Shown: positions 28,231-39,795, counted from the first letter of the stretch. The stretch is 64,000 nt of DNA from Armatimonadota bacterium (GCA_039811685.1 JBDHZC010000001.1:352001-416000); one strand, 5' to 3'. Numbers and translations: made by a program. Notes: generated by a model not told the origin, from the sequence alone.

Positions 28231-29307
28231 TTAGGCTGCGGACGCGGCTTCCAGTTTTGCAGTCTGGTCTTGGCGGATAAGGGTTTCGATCATCGAGTCA
28301 ATATCGCCTTCAAGAAACTGATCCAGCGCATAGATGGTGTACCCGATGCGATGATCTGTAATTCGCCCCTGTGGAAAATTGTACGTGCGTATCTTTTCGC
28401 TGCGATCGCCAGACCCAACCTGTTGCTTCCGGTCACTGGCAGTCGCCTGCTCCTGCTCACGTCGGCGCGCATCCAACAGGTGCGCCCGCAACATGCGCAT
28501 AGCCTTCTCCTTGTTCTGCAACTGGGAGCGCTCGTCCTGACATGTAACGACAACTCCGGAAGGGATGTGGGTAATTCGGATGGCTGAGTCGGTCTTGTTG
28601 ACGTGCTGTCCACCGGCGCTGGACGCACGGAATGTATCGATAGTCAGGTCTTTCGGATCTATTTCAAGATCGACTTCTTCCGCTTCAGGAAGAACCGCGA
28701 CTGTGGCTGCGGATGTGTGGATGCGTCCGCTTGCTTCCGTGACGGGAACACGCTGGACCCTGTGGACACCGCTTTCGTATTTCAACAAACTGTACGCGCC
28801 CTGTCCCTGAATGGACAGGACCGCTTCTTTGTAGCCCCCCACGGCCGCTTCGGTGGAAGAAACCAACTCCACTCGCCAGCCCTTGCGCTCCGCAAACCGC
28901 GTGTACATGCGAAGGAGATCTGCGGCAAAGAGCGCTGCCTCTTCTCCCCCAGTCCCGGCCCGCACTTCCAGAAAGACGTTCTTGTCGTCGTTCGGATCCT
29001 TTGGCAGGAGCATCAATCTCAACTCCTGGACAAGCGTCTCTTCCTTATCGTGAAGCGCTCTCAGTTCCGCTTCCGCAAGACTGTGCAAATCCGGATCAGA
29101 ATCCGCACCCTCCAGCAGCTCCTCTGATTCTACTATCTCGCGGCGAACACGCTGCAGCTCGCGGTAGGAGTTGACGGTAGGTTGAAGCTGGGCATGCTCA
29201 CGCGCCAGATGCTGTAGCCGAGTGTGATCCGTGACGATCTCCGGATCACTCATCTGACTGTTCAGATCTTCAAAGCGCCTCTCAATGGCCTGTAGGGTAT
29301 CAATCAT
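28231..29307 (-). CDS. prfA: peptide chain release factor 1
   Basis: PVT anticodon-mimic motif (RVPVTE), GGQ and RTYNFPQGR. Confidence 0.98.
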   Translation of the reverse strand: MIDTLQAIERRFEDLNSQMSDPEIVTDHTRLQHLAREHAQLQPTVNSYRELQRVRREIVESEELLEGADSDPDLHSLAEAELRALHDKEETLVQELRLMLLPKDPNDDKNVFLEVRAGTGGEEAALFAADLLRMYTRFAERKGWRVELVSSTEAAVGGYKEAVLSIQGQGAYSLLKYESGVHRVQRVPVTEASGRIHTSAATVAVLPEAEEVDLEIDPKDLTIDTFRASSAGGQHVNKTDSAIRITHIPSGVVVTCQDERSQLQNKEKAMRMLRAHLLDARRREQEQATASDRKQQVGSGDRSEKIRTYNFPQGRITDHRIGYTIYALDQFLEGDIDSMIETLIRQDQTAKLEAASAA

Positions 29308-29337
29308 TCAAAGTTCGTTGTGTCTTACACACGGTTC

Positions 29338-30315
29338 CTAAGCTGAGGCGGGCAGATTATGCGGTGTGGAAAGGGTTGAATCCTCAGGCTCTGCCAGACC
29401 CTCAGCCTCAGCCCGGACGACCGCCTGCAGCGCCGCCAAAGCGACCTCTACCTGGTTATCCGAGGGTGGACGCGTCGTGATGAGCTGCAGCGCCAGACCT
29501 GGCGCCAGTACCGCCCGCATCCATTTGCTGTGCGCGTTTCGGCCCGCCAGTCGTATGATCTCGTACGCCACACCCGCTACCAATGGTAGAAGCACCAGAC
29601 GAAGTGCGACGCGCTCTACAACTCCGCTCCACGGCAAGAGAGAAAAGGCGAAAATGCTCAGGACCAGCACAATCAAAATGAAATTTGTCCCGCAGCGCAT
29701 ATGAATCGTCCCAAAATCGCGGGTAGCATCCAGTGTCAGGGGTCGGTCTGCCTCGAAAGTGTTAATTGCCCGATGCTCTGCGCCGTGGTATTGAAAAACC
29801 TCGCGAATGTTGGGCATCAGGCCCACCATCGTAACATAGGCGAGAAAAAACACTACCTTAGTGACACCTTCGACAAGGTTCAGTTGGAAACGGGTATGGA
29901 GCAGGCTTCCCTTCATGAGACCCGCGATGACGCTTGGCAGGACGATGAAAAGCAACACGCCAAAGCCGAGCCCAAAGACCAGAGAGCCGCCTATGGCAAT
30001 ATCTGTGACCCTTCCCGAAGCCTTCTGCGTGCCCTGCGAGTCTGATCCGGCTGCACCCACGGTATCCTCCATTGCGAGTGAAGCGGACCACATCAGCGCG
30101 CGGATGCCCAGATTCATGGCATCCACAAGCGCCAGCGCCCCTCTTACCATCGGCCATTTCAGCGGCGACGCCCGCTTGACGAGTGGGACGCGCTCCACGC
30201 GCGTCGTTATCTCTCCGCTTTCTCTACGGCAGCTGACCGCGAAATATCGTGGGCTGCGCATCATGACGCCCTTAATAACCGCCTGGCCGCCATACATCAT
30301 TGGCTCACTGGACAA
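29338..30315 (-). CDS. DUF1385 membrane protein
   Basis: YGGQAVIKGVMMR, FQYHGAEH and RCGTNF; usual position between rpmE and prfA; TTG start chosen after GGAG. Confidence 0.9.
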   Translation of the reverse strand: MSSEPMMYGGQAVIKGVMMRSPRYFAVSCRRESGEITTRVERVPLVKRASPLKWPMVRGALALVDAMNLGIRALMWSASLAMEDTVGAAGSDSQGTQKASGRVTDIAIGGSLVFGLGFGVLLFIVLPSVIAGLMKGSLLHTRFQLNLVEGVTKVVFFLAYVTMVGLMPNIREVFQYHGAEHRAINTFEADRPLTLDATRDFGTIHMRCGTNFILIVLVLSIFAFSLLPWSGVVERVALRLVLLPLVAGVAYEIIRLAGRNAHSKWMRAVLAPGLALQLITTRPPSDNQVEVALAALQAVVRAEAEGLAEPEDSTLSTPHNLPASA

Positions 30316-30426
30316 ATCGACGCTCCATATGCGAGCTATGCACGCAACCCTAACCGTTCCGTACAAAGCGCGAAGTAGTCAGAGCTGTGGAAGATGGCAG
30401 GCCTGAGTGCTCCTGGATACAGAATC

Positions 30427-30654
30427 TCAGTTCTTGCTCTTCTTCTGCTCCTCCATCTTCTTTCCATACCGCTGCATGAACTTTTCGACACGCCCCTCTG
30501 TATCGACGATCTTCTGCTTGCCTGTATAGAACGGATGGCAGGCTCCACAGATTTCGACGTGAAGCTCTGGCTTGATGGAGCGCGTGGGATACTCTGCTCC
30601 GCAGGCGCAGACTATCTTGGCGTCGACATAATGGGGATGAATTCCGGCTTTCAT
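30427..30654 (-). CDS. rpmE: 50S ribosomal protein L31 (zinc-binding type)
   Basis: [26 protein letters not shown] and GRVEKF; GAGG RBS. Confidence 0.97.
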   Translation of the reverse strand: MKAGIHPHYVDAKIVCACGAEYPTRSIKPELHVEICGACHPFYTGKQKIVDTEGRVEKFMQRYGKKMEEQKKSKN

Positions 30655-30859
30655 AGTTATTCCTCGTAGAGCCCGGGAAATCCGGGCGTTGGTGGCGCGC
30701 GTGAAGGCTGATCTGTGCGCAGACAGCTCTCTTTGAGTCAACGAATATCAGGCGGGGATAGTGCCCACCCGCGCGCGATAGAAGCACATGTTCCCAAAAA
30801 CAACCAGTTTACTTCAATACCACATTCCACGCCTGTTATGCAATCAATCAATGCCGGGC

Positions 30860-32295
30860 GGGTGCGCGTCTTGTTCATGGCGAACATGTGTACGGCATGA
30901 TTTGTTGGCGCTGGTGTCGAAGTTTCCCTTCTGAGGCTGCGTGAGGCAGCTTCGAGAGGAGAGGCAAAGAGGATGTGTGAGGATCGCAAGGACAAGATCG
31001 AGCAGTTGACGCAGCGGTTTCGTGAGTTGCTGGAGGAGAAGTTTCCCGGGAAGGGCTCAACGCTGGCGCAGATCGAGGAGTTGACCGAGGAGATAGGTCA
31101 GGCCATCGAGGCCGAGATTGAGGACAGCGCCATTGGTGAGCAAGGGGATGGGAAGGAGTGCAGGGGGGCGTTCTGCGCTTGCGGGAGGAAGGCCCGCTAT
31201 GTCCGCAACTATATCAAGGAGGTGGTCACGCTTCACGGGCTGCGGCGGATCAGCCGCGCCTACTACAGTTGCCGGGTCTGCAGCCGTGGGTTTGCGCCAC
31301 TGGACAAGCAGCTTGGCCTTGACGGCGGCGGCACGACACTTCCGGTGCGGGCGAAGATCGCGCGGATAGCGGCGCTGGCGCCGTTTGAGCGGTGCGCCTG
31401 CGAGTTGCGTGAGCTGTGCGGGCTGGATGTGTCGGCCAAGACGGTGGAGCGTGTTGCGGAAGCAGTGGGCAAGGCGATAGGGGAGGAAGCTGCCGCGCGC
31501 GACGCAGAGATCATCTCAGGGAGCGTCCCTGAGCCGGCCTGCTCTCCAGAACGGTTGTATGTGACGGTGGATGGAGTGATGGCGTCGGTGGACAAGGGGT
31601 GGCGTGAGTGCAAGGTCGGTGCTGTATATGAGACGAGAGCCGCTGCTGACGGCCGGGCCGAGGCCGTCCACATCGAGCATACCGCGACCTTTGGCGACGC
31701 TGAGGCGATCGGTGACAAGCTGTATGCGCTGGCGTTCCGGCGGGGTGTGGTTCGCGCAAAGCAGACGGTGGTGCTGGGAGACGGCGCCCGATGGATATGG
31801 AACCAGGCGCGGGACAACTTCCCGGGGGCAGTGGAGATCGTGGACTTCTTCCATGCCGCTGAGCATCTGGCGGAGGTGGCCAACAGCTGGCATGGGTTCG
31901 GCACGAGGAAGGCCGAGGGTTGGCTGAGGAGGGCAAAGCAGGACTTGCTCGAGGGACGCCATGCGCGTGTGATGCGGTCCATCGTGGCCTGGAGGCCAGC
32001 AGATGCGGAGGCAAAGAAGCTGAAGGCGACGAGTCTCGGCTACTTTCGTCGCAACGGGGATCGGATGCGCTATGACCGGTTCCTTGCTGAAGGGTTGCAC
32101 ATCGGCAGCGGCGTCGCCGAATCCTCGTGCAAGGTCCTGGTACAAGCCCGCCTGAAGCAGTCCGGTATGCACTGGAGCGCGCGTGGAGCCGAGGCGATGC
32201 TGCAACTGCGAGCGCGCTGGCTGGACGAACCCACCGTCAACTTCGCTGCCTACGCCGCCATGCCCCGCCAACTACCACAGAATTGACGCACACCC
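30860..32295 (+). mobile_element. complete insertion sequence, ISKra4/ISLre2-type (Mutator-like DDE), 1436 bp
   Basis: Imperfect terminal IRs GGGTGCGCGTC (30860) and GACGCACACCC (ending 32295); perfect 9-bp target duplication ATGCCGGGC at 30851-30859 and 32296-32304. Confidence 0.92.
30973..32286 (+). CDS. ISKra4/ISLre2-family transposase
   Basis: VTVDG, LGDGARWIW, VDFFHAAEHL and IGSGVAESSCK..RLKQSGMHWS; N-terminal Cys cluster. Confidence 0.93.
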   Translation: MCEDRKDKIEQLTQRFRELLEEKFPGKGSTLAQIEELTEEIGQAIEAEIEDSAIGEQGDGKECRGAFCACGRKARYVRNYIKEVVTLHGLRRISRAYYSCRVCSRGFAPLDKQLGLDGGGTTLPVRAKIARIAALAPFERCACELRELCGLDVSAKTVERVAEAVGKAIGEEAAARDAEIISGSVPEPACSPERLYVTVDGVMASVDKGWRECKVGAVYETRAAADGRAEAVHIEHTATFGDAEAIGDKLYALAFRRGVVRAKQTVVLGDGARWIWNQARDNFPGAVEIVDFFHAAEHLAEVANSWHGFGTRKAEGWLRRAKQDLLEGRHARVMRSIVAWRPADAEAKKLKATSLGYFRRNGDRMRYDRFLAEGLHIGSGVAESSCKVLVQARLKQSGMHWSARGAEAMLQLRARWLDEPTVNFAAYAAMPRQLPQN

Positions 32296-32988
32296 ATGCC
32301 GGGCAGCAGCCGCAACAAGCACTGTACGCAAAGGAGCCCGGAAGTCGAAGTTGGACATCCGGGCTTCATGGGTCTGGATATTCATTTGTTGATATACTGT
32401 CCACTCCTGCAGACGATAGCTAGAAGCTCACAAGAGCGGGGTCGGGTGGGCATGGGGCAACCTCCTCAGCTTGCTCAGGTCGCGCATTTTGAGGAGAAGC
32501 GCTTGGGTCCGGTCCCGTATGCTTCAGGCAGGGTATTGTCCGCGCACCGTTCCATTGCCTGAAGCCGTGGCCATACGAAGACCGCACTGACCCCTGAGGG
32601 GCTACCCCATGTTCATGCCCACCCTTTTGTCAAGGCTACATAATGTCCAAGGTCAACTACAGGCGTTTGGCCAGCACCTGCCCTGTCAAAAGAGCACTCG
32701 TTTACCCACCACAATATTAGTCTTCCGCGGGCTCTGGCGCAATCCAACGATAGTCACACGCAAGGCAGGCTCTTTATATCCACTTCTAGGCAGGACTACG
32801 GTACTATAGCAAAAACTATAACTACTGCTGAGCGGAGCGCTTGCAGCGCGTAAATGGGGAAAAGTGCACTCCGTCACCGCCACATTGATCAAGACGAAAA
32901 CGTGGCCGACGGCACCAGTGCCAGGGGTGAGGTCACGCCACACTCAAGAAAGACTTGTCTTTTTGCAGATCAAGCAAAAAGATCTCCG

Positions 32989-33279
32989 CTAGGAAACTCG
33001 GGCTTCGCTTTTCACACGTTCAATGTGTTCTACCCGTGTCACGCGCAGTCCAAGGTCAGCAAACCACTGCGCTACAGCAGCCTCATCGGTTGCTTCAAGA
33101 ATACAGATCAGACTCTGTCCTGAAGGTCCGCAGACGCTTCGATATCCGAAGACCCGGGGATCCTCCAGAGCCATATCTTCAAATCGCTCAATCTCTTCTA
33201 CACTGGATGTCTGAGCTTCAAATGTTTTATCTTCAGATGTCTCACGCTCCAGGATATGAACTGCGAGGAAGCGAGGCAT
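32989..33279 (-). CDS. small DUF4242/SCO4226-like protein
   Basis: MPRFLAVH start, ICILEATDEAAV motif and AAGGAG RBS. Confidence 0.6.
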   Translation of the reverse strand: MPRFLAVHILERETSEDKTFEAQTSSVEEIERFEDMALEDPRVFGYRSVCGPSGQSLICILEATDEAAVAQWFADLGLRVTRVEHIERVKSEARVS

Positions 33280-33606
33280 AGCGACTCCTTTCGCGTCAAT
33301 TGCCTACTTTCTATCAGTCACGCCGGGCCTGAATCTCGCTCCAGCCGTCGTGCATTTGCGCCAGTGTAACACAAAACTCAGCGCCGTAGACGACCGATTT
33401 TCATCTTTGGATGCAAATTCGTCACGCGTGGCACTGGGATAGGGTCGTGAAGGAGTGGTCTGTTAAGTAGCTGACAACCGGACATAACTCAGGACGCGCC
33501 AGCGCCTCTATTTCTTTTGCCAATTCTGCACGGCAACTTGAGTACGACAGGCCTTGAAACTGTCGGATCCAAAGCTCAGGCCGGGACCCCAAAGAGGCTT
33601 GTTCGC

Positions 33607-34998
33607 TCAGGCGTGAATCGCGCGACCTTGCACAGCGAACGCTGCTTCGCGGACGACTTCGGCCAGCGTTGGGTGCGCGTGTGTTGAGCGGGCGATGTCT
33701 TCACTGCTGGCGCCAAACTCTATAGCTACTGCTGCTTCTGCGATGAGATCGCCAGCCCTCGGCCCAATGATGTGCACCCCGAGCACGCGATCGGTCTGTT
33801 CGTCTGCGAGTATCTTCACCCAGCCATCAGTTTCACCCAACGCCCGTGCGCGCCCATTGGCCTTGAAATAAAAGATACCTTTTCGATACTTCACTCCTGC
33901 GGCCTCCAGCGCTTCCTCGGACTGGCCGACCGTGGCTATCTCTGGGTGAGTGTAGACGATGCCTGGAACCGCGTCATAGTTCACGTGTCCATAGCCGGTG
34001 ACAAGATTCTCAACACACGCGATACCTTCGTCTTCAGCTTTGTGCGCAAGCATTGCGCCGCCGATTACGTCACCCACAGCATAGATGCCAGGCACAGACG
34101 TCTGATAGTGTTCATCCACTACGACAAAGCCACGCTCGCTGATCTGGACGCCCACCTCAGCAAGTCCCAGCCCGTCTGTATTTGGAACACGCCCAACGGC
34201 AACCAGCACGCGATCCGCAGTCACGGGCTCTGAGTCACGGCACTCTACGACTGCCTGGCCGGCATCTGTTCGCACACCTGTCACAGCCGTACCCAGGCGG
34301 AATTCCAACCCCTGCTTTTTGAAAGTCTTGAGCGCGTCACGCGAGAGCTCTGCATCCATCCCGGGAAGAATGCGATCCAGATACTCTATGACAGTGACTT
34401 TGGCCCCCAGCCTTTTCCAGACCGATCCCAGTTCCAGCCCGATATATCCGCCACCGATAACAACAAGGTGCTCTGGCGTCTTAGAGTAAGCTAACGCTTC
34501 GGTGCTGCTACCGACGATATCACCGTCACACTCAACCCCTTTGAGCTGTGCGGGTTTGCTGCCCGTAGCGATGAGGATCCACCTGGCGCGAAGCTCCTGA
34601 GCATTGTCTCCGGATTTGACGGCTACAACGCCCGCTGACGCCACAGATCCATGCCCGTCATATCGAGCAATCTCGTGCTTTTTGAATAGAGAGGCGACTC
34701 CACTCGTAAGGCTCTTGACAACTTCGTCCTTGCGCTTTTGCATCATTGGCAAATCAAGCTCAACGCCCTGAACCTTTACCCCGTGAGGCGTTAGAGCGTC
34801 CTTGACTTCGTGGTAGCGCTGGCTCGACTCCAGCAGAGCCTTGCTGGGGATGCAGCCGACTCGCAAACACGTACCGCCAAGCCGGCTCTCTTCTTCAACG
34901 CAGGCTACTTTGAGTCCCAGTTGGGCAGCGCGTATGGCAGCGACGTATCCACCAGGTCCCGCACCAATGACGACCAGATCAAAACTGTCAGTTGTCAT
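33607..34998 (-). CDS. lpdA: dihydrolipoyl dehydrogenase (E3)
   Basis: GAGPGGY, GGTCLRVGCIPSK and HAHPTLAE. Confidence 0.97.
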   Translation of the reverse strand: MTTDSFDLVVIGAGPGGYVAAIRAAQLGLKVACVEEESRLGGTCLRVGCIPSKALLESSQRYHEVKDALTPHGVKVQGVELDLPMMQKRKDEVVKSLTSGVASLFKKHEIARYDGHGSVASAGVVAVKSGDNAQELRARWILIATGSKPAQLKGVECDGDIVGSSTEALAYSKTPEHLVVIGGGYIGLELGSVWKRLGAKVTVIEYLDRILPGMDAELSRDALKTFKKQGLEFRLGTAVTGVRTDAGQAVVECRDSEPVTADRVLVAVGRVPNTDGLGLAEVGVQISERGFVVVDEHYQTSVPGIYAVGDVIGGAMLAHKAEDEGIACVENLVTGYGHVNYDAVPGIVYTHPEIATVGQSEEALEAAGVKYRKGIFYFKANGRARALGETDGWVKILADEQTDRVLGVHIIGPRAGDLIAEAAVAIEFGASSEDIARSTHAHPTLAEVVREAAFAVQGRAIHA

Positions 34999-35212
34999 AT
35001 TTTCTGAATGTGTCCTTAGATTCGTTGGTGATCCGCACGCGTCTTACCAGAGTCAGCACCAGCCGCTTGCGTGTGCAATAAGAAATGTTCTCGTCCGGAG
35101 GCTTTGCGACTAAGGCGCACCAGGGCTCTCACCCCGCCTGTGCAGCAGCGCCAAAGAGATATTCGCGACCTTGCAGTGTGCGCTTGAAAAGCATAGACGC
35201 GAGTGCCGGCTA

Positions 35213-36508
35213 TTACACTTCCAGTAGCATTCGCGCAGGATTCTCGATGCAGTCCTTGATTCGCTTCAAGAAACCCACCGCCTCTTTTCCATCCACGATG
35301 CGGTGATCGTACGTCAGTGCCGTGTACATCATAGGACGGATGACGACCTGGCCTTCCCGCGCGACGGGACGCTCCTGAATCGTGTGCAGACCGAGAATCC
35401 CGCTTTGGGGAGGATTTACGATCGGAGTCGAGAGCAAAGACCCGTAGACACCGCCATTGCTGATCGAGAATGTGCCACCCTTCAGTTCCTCAAGCCCTAT
35501 CTTGTTGTGCTTCGCTCGCTCAGCGAAACCTGCGATTGTCACCTCAATCTCTGCAAAACTGAGGCGCTCAGCGCTGCGGATAATCGGCACTACTAGACCT
35601 TTTCCACCGCCGACAGCGATTCCGATGTCGTAGTAGTTGCGGTACACAATGCTGTTTTCGCGAATCTCCGCGTTCAGTTGTGGCACGTCTTTGAGCGCTT
35701 CGATCACTGCCTTGACGAAGAAGGACATAAATCCCAGCTTCACGTTGTAGAGGCTCTGGAACTTCTCCTGATGCTCTTTTCGCAAGGACATTACCTGCGA
35801 CATGTCCACTTCATTGAACGTCGTCAACAAAGCCGCAGCCTGCTGAGCCTCGACAAGGCGTTGGGCGATTCGTAGGCGCATCGGGCTCATAGGCACGACA
35901 TCTTCTTCACGGCCTTCTTGAGCTACGGCAGGAATAGACTGAAGGGGATGTCCAGGAGGTTGAGAAACAGTCTGTGTGGCAGGCAGTGTGTCTGGGCGTT
36001 CCGTGGAGGGCTGTGCAGGGCTGCTGGAGACCTCAGCGCGCCGCAGGACGTCTTCTTTGAGGACTCGTCCGCCGGGCCCGGTGCCTTCCACATCAGAAGC
36101 GTCTAAACCGCCTTCCGCCAGCAGCCTGGCAGCAGCGGGCATGACACGAGGCTCCGCTGGCTGTACGCTTTTTGGAGACTGTTGCTGTGCGGTCGCCGGC
36201 TTCGGCTCTACGACGGCGGGCTGTTGCGGTTGGGATTCAGGCGCTTTGGCGGGTGCGACCACAGAATCCTGAGATTCCTCCATATAGCCGATCACATCGC
36301 CCACCTTCGCAATCTCTCCGGTTTTCTTGAGCACCTGCGTGATAGTCCCTGATGTCGGTGCGGGGAGCTCCAGGGTCGCTTTGTCGGACTCTATCTCGAC
36401 GACAGGCTGGTCGCGGTCCACTCGCTCGCCCTGACCCTTCAGCCAGCTACCTATCTGCACTTCTGTGATGGACTCACCGACGCTTGGCACTACCAGCTCA
36501 ATTGGCAT
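35213..36508 (-). CDS. sucB: 2-oxoglutarate dehydrogenase E2 (dihydrolipoyl succinyltransferase)
   Basis: Lipoyl domain ESDKA, E3-binding [13 protein letters not shown] and DHRIVDG. Confidence 0.96.
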   Translation of the reverse strand: MPIELVVPSVGESITEVQIGSWLKGQGERVDRDQPVVEIESDKATLELPAPTSGTITQVLKKTGEIAKVGDVIGYMEESQDSVVAPAKAPESQPQQPAVVEPKPATAQQQSPKSVQPAEPRVMPAAARLLAEGGLDASDVEGTGPGGRVLKEDVLRRAEVSSSPAQPSTERPDTLPATQTVSQPPGHPLQSIPAVAQEGREEDVVPMSPMRLRIAQRLVEAQQAAALLTTFNEVDMSQVMSLRKEHQEKFQSLYNVKLGFMSFFVKAVIEALKDVPQLNAEIRENSIVYRNYYDIGIAVGGGKGLVVPIIRSAERLSFAEIEVTIAGFAERAKHNKIGLEELKGGTFSISNGGVYGSLLSTPIVNPPQSGILGLHTIQERPVAREGQVVIRPMMYTALTYDHRIVDGKEAVGFLKRIKDCIENPARMLLEV

Positions 36509-36562
36509 AAACCCTCACTCCTCTTTCAACGAGTTCTGAATTGCGATCAAACGGTTTGAGTC

Positions 36563-39409
36563 TCAGACTGGGGCGTGTTCAAAAACGCCGCCGAATGCTC
36601 TCTCCAGAATGGCCTGCTGCTCAATTTTGTGAATGTTCGCAGAGCCCGTCGCCGGACTCGCTGAGGCAGCTCTGGATATCCCGCTGAATGGAAATCTCCC
36701 CAGCAGTCTGTTGGGGAATCTTACCTGTAAATACCTCCATGCGCCCATGTTCTCCGGTTCTTCCTGAACCCAGAACACAGGAGTCTCGTCCGCATATCGC
36801 GCGAGCGCTTCCTCGATGGCAGTCTCAGGCAATGGGTAGAGCTGCTCCAGGCGAATAATAGCGATGTCGTCCTCATGCCCGAGTTCTCGACGTTGCTTCT
36901 GAAGGTCATAGAAAATCTTGCCGCTACAGAGCAGAATGCGCTCGACCTTGTCTGGTCTGGGATTCACAGGATCAGCGAGCACGCGCTGGAAGCTCTGCGT
37001 CGCAAGATCGTCAATTGAGGAGATTACTTCCGGATGACGCAACAGGCTCTTTGGCGTCATGATCACCAGCGGCTTGCGCCAGGGCCTCAGCACCTGCCGG
37101 CGTAGCACGTGGAACATCTGTGCTGGCGTTGAAGGAACGACAATCTGAATGTTATCCTCCGCCGCCGACAACAAGAATCGCTCCAGGCGCGCGCTCGAAT
37201 GTTCTGGCCCCATCCCCTCAAAGCCGTGAGGCAGCAGCAGCACCAGTCCAGACAGACTGTGCCACTTGTCCTCAGCGCTGACTAGGAATTGATCTACAAT
37301 TACCTGAGCCGCGTTCCAAAAGTCTCCAAACTGCGCTTCCCAGGCAACCAGTCCGTCTGGATAGGCAATACTGTACCCGTATTCGAACCCAAGCACTCCC
37401 GCCTCTGACAGTGGGCTGTTAATAATCTCAACAGGCGCCTGATCCGCGGAGAGATGCTGGAGCGGCGTGAAAATGTCACCGTTGTGGAAATCGTGCAGCA
37501 CGGCGTGCCTGTGGCTGAAAGTGCCGCGCTCACTGTCCTGCCCGCTCAGGCGGACTCTGTGGCCTTCTGTTGCCAGACTCCCAAAAGCCAGTGTCTCCGC
37601 GGCTGACCAGTCCAGCGGGTGCTCCCGGCGCGCCATCGCACGTCTCGCATCCAGAAATCTCTGAATCTTGGGATTCGGAGTGAAGTCTTGCGGCAGCTTG
37701 GTAAGCTGGTCAAGCAGGAATTGCAGGCGGTCAGGGTCAACGCTGGTATCCACATCTCGGACACCGCTCTCTGGCCCGCCAAGATAATTGCGCCATACAC
37801 GCCCTAGTATGCTGGGGCGGGTGGACAACCTCACTTCTTCTTTCTCGTGGACTCCCTGAAGCTCTTCCTCAAGCTGTGCGCGGCGATGGCTCTCGACTTC
37901 ATCCGCCTGCTGTCGCGTAATTCCACCGAGATTCAGAAGCCTTTCAAGATAGCTGTCGCGGACGGATTTGCGGCTGGATATCTCCTTGTACATCATTGGC
38001 TGAGTAAAGCTGGGCTCGTCACTCTCGTTGTGCCCACGCCGGCGGAAACAGTACATGTCAATAAACACGTCCTGCTTGAACGTCTGACGGAAATCCATCG
38101 ACAACTTCACAACCTGCGCGACCGCTTCCGGATCTTCTCCGTTGACGTGGAAAATCGGAACCTGGAGCATCTGAGCCACATTAGTAGCATAGGTTCCGGA
38201 TCGACCGTCTGAGGGGTTTGTCGTGAATCCAATCTGATTGTTCACCACAACGTGAACCGTGCCCCCCGTACTGAATCCTTCCAGCCTGCTGAGGTTCAGA
38301 GTCTCCTGCACAATACCCTCTCCAGCCAGTGAGGCGTCTCCATGGATCAATATGGACACGTACTTTTCGCGCTGGACATCAGCCAGGCGGTCTTGTTTAG
38401 CCCGCACGCGACCAAGCGCGACCGGGTTTACGAACTCAAGATGGCTCGGATTGAAACAAAGCGCCAGGTGAACTTCGTGGCCGCATTCTGTCAGCCAGTC
38501 ATTATGGTAACCAAGATGGTATTTGACATCGCCGTGCCCGACAGACACGTCAGGATCAAGGTCCTGGAACTCCCGGAATATGGCGCGAGGGCTTTTCGAC
38601 ATAATATTGGCCAGCACATTGAGCCGTCCGCGGTGAGCCATCGCTATAACAATTTCGTTGACACCCTGTTCCCCTGCCCTTTCGATAGCCAGGTCCAGGA
38701 GTGGGATCAGGCTCTCCGCCCCCTCCAGTGAGAAGCTTTTCGCCCCGATGAACTTCTTCTGAATAAACTCTTCAAACGTAACTGCGTCTGTCAGGCGCGA
38801 GAAGATGCGTAGCTGCTCCTGAGTGCTGAGTGTCAGGTGGTTTTCAGTGCTCTCCATCCGCTCCTGAAGCCACATCTTCACCGCATAGTCGTCAATGTGC
38901 ATAAACTGCACGCCGATGGAACGGCAGTATGTGTTCCGCAGGCGGTGCAGAATTTCTCTGAGAGTCAGAGTTTCCGGACCAGAAATCGTGGTGGCGGAGA
39001 AGGTGCGATCCAGGTCTGCTTCGGTGAGGCCGTGGGCTTGCAGGTCCAGCTCGGGCTGTGCGGGCCTAGGGCGGCCGAGTGGGTCAATCTGGGCGATCAT
39101 ATGTCCGCGAATCCGATAGGCGCGAACCAGTTGGTCTACACGATCCTGCAGGACGGCTACGTCTGAAACAGGCAGGGAATCGGCTGATTTGGGCGTGGAA
39201 GGATTGAAGATGCTGGCCGGCTTGAACCGAGGCCGAAATCGAACAGAGCCGTTCGTCCTGCCACCGTTACCCTGCGATTCGAAAAACTTCCGCCAGTCAG
39301 ACGGCACAGACGCCGGTTCTGTCAGAAACTGCTCGTACAGCCCTTCCATAAAGGACAGGCTGAGACTGTTCAGGCCTTGCTCGCCACGATCCATCATAGT
39401 CCTCAACAT
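36563..39409 (-). CDS. sucA: 2-oxoglutarate dehydrogenase E1
   Basis: AMAHRGRLNVL, GDVKYHLG, HGDAS, WEAQFGDF and GPEHSSARLERFL. Confidence 0.97.
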   Translation of the reverse strand: MLRTMMDRGEQGLNSLSLSFMEGLYEQFLTEPASVPSDWRKFFESQGNGGRTNGSVRFRPRFKPASIFNPSTPKSADSLPVSDVAVLQDRVDQLVRAYRIRGHMIAQIDPLGRPRPAQPELDLQAHGLTEADLDRTFSATTISGPETLTLREILHRLRNTYCRSIGVQFMHIDDYAVKMWLQERMESTENHLTLSTQEQLRIFSRLTDAVTFEEFIQKKFIGAKSFSLEGAESLIPLLDLAIERAGEQGVNEIVIAMAHRGRLNVLANIMSKSPRAIFREFQDLDPDVSVGHGDVKYHLGYHNDWLTECGHEVHLALCFNPSHLEFVNPVALGRVRAKQDRLADVQREKYVSILIHGDASLAGEGIVQETLNLSRLEGFSTGGTVHVVVNNQIGFTTNPSDGRSGTYATNVAQMLQVPIFHVNGEDPEAVAQVVKLSMDFRQTFKQDVFIDMYCFRRRGHNESDEPSFTQPMMYKEISSRKSVRDSYLERLLNLGGITRQQADEVESHRRAQLEEELQGVHEKEEVRLSTRPSILGRVWRNYLGGPESGVRDVDTSVDPDRLQFLLDQLTKLPQDFTPNPKIQRFLDARRAMARREHPLDWSAAETLAFGSLATEGHRVRLSGQDSERGTFSHRHAVLHDFHNGDIFTPLQHLSADQAPVEIINSPLSEAGVLGFEYGYSIAYPDGLVAWEAQFGDFWNAAQVIVDQFLVSAEDKWHSLSGLVLLLPHGFEGMGPEHSSARLERFLLSAAEDNIQIVVPSTPAQMFHVLRRQVLRPWRKPLVIMTPKSLLRHPEVISSIDDLATQSFQRVLADPVNPRPDKVERILLCSGKIFYDLQKQRRELGHEDDIAIIRLEQLYPLPETAIEEALARYADETPVFWVQEEPENMGAWRYLQVRFPNRLLGRFPFSGISRAASASPATGSANIHKIEQQAILERAFGGVFEHAPV

Positions 39410-39663
39410 TGCGCCCGATTTTTTGCGGCGTCAACGAGTGCCAGTCCTCATTCTGACATCTCACCTCAGCCGGCCGGGCCCCTTCATGGGTAATTCGGTA
39501 GTTTGCCCCCTGTTGTTCAGCATATCCGTAGTTGAGCAGTTCGTCCAGAGACGAAACCGTTGCGCGCGGCGATCAGAAAGGCAGTGGTCACCCATGCGCG
39601 CTTGTTCTATAATACCGCCGGCACGACAGAACGCATACAACGCCCGGCCGCTTATGGGTGCAT

Positions 39664-39737
39664 CGGGGTGTGGCGCAGCTTGGTAGCGCGTCCGCTTTGG
39701 GAGCGGAAGGTCGCCGGTTCAAATCCGGCCACCCCGA
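39664..39737 (+). tRNA. tRNA-Pro(TGG)
   Basis: Cloverleaf CGGGGTG...CACCCCG-A; anticodon arm TCCGC-TTTGGGA-GCGGA; GGTTCAAATCC T-arm; CCA not encoded. Confidence 0.95.
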
Positions 39738-39795
39738 TTTATCTATGGACACGAAAGTGGCGGCACGGAATTGCGCTGGAATGCCAGGAAGAGAA

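Noticed and set aside
32296..32562. 88-aa ORF starting in the IS target duplication
   Set aside because: The ATG is part of the duplicated target, there is no RBS and no family resemblance
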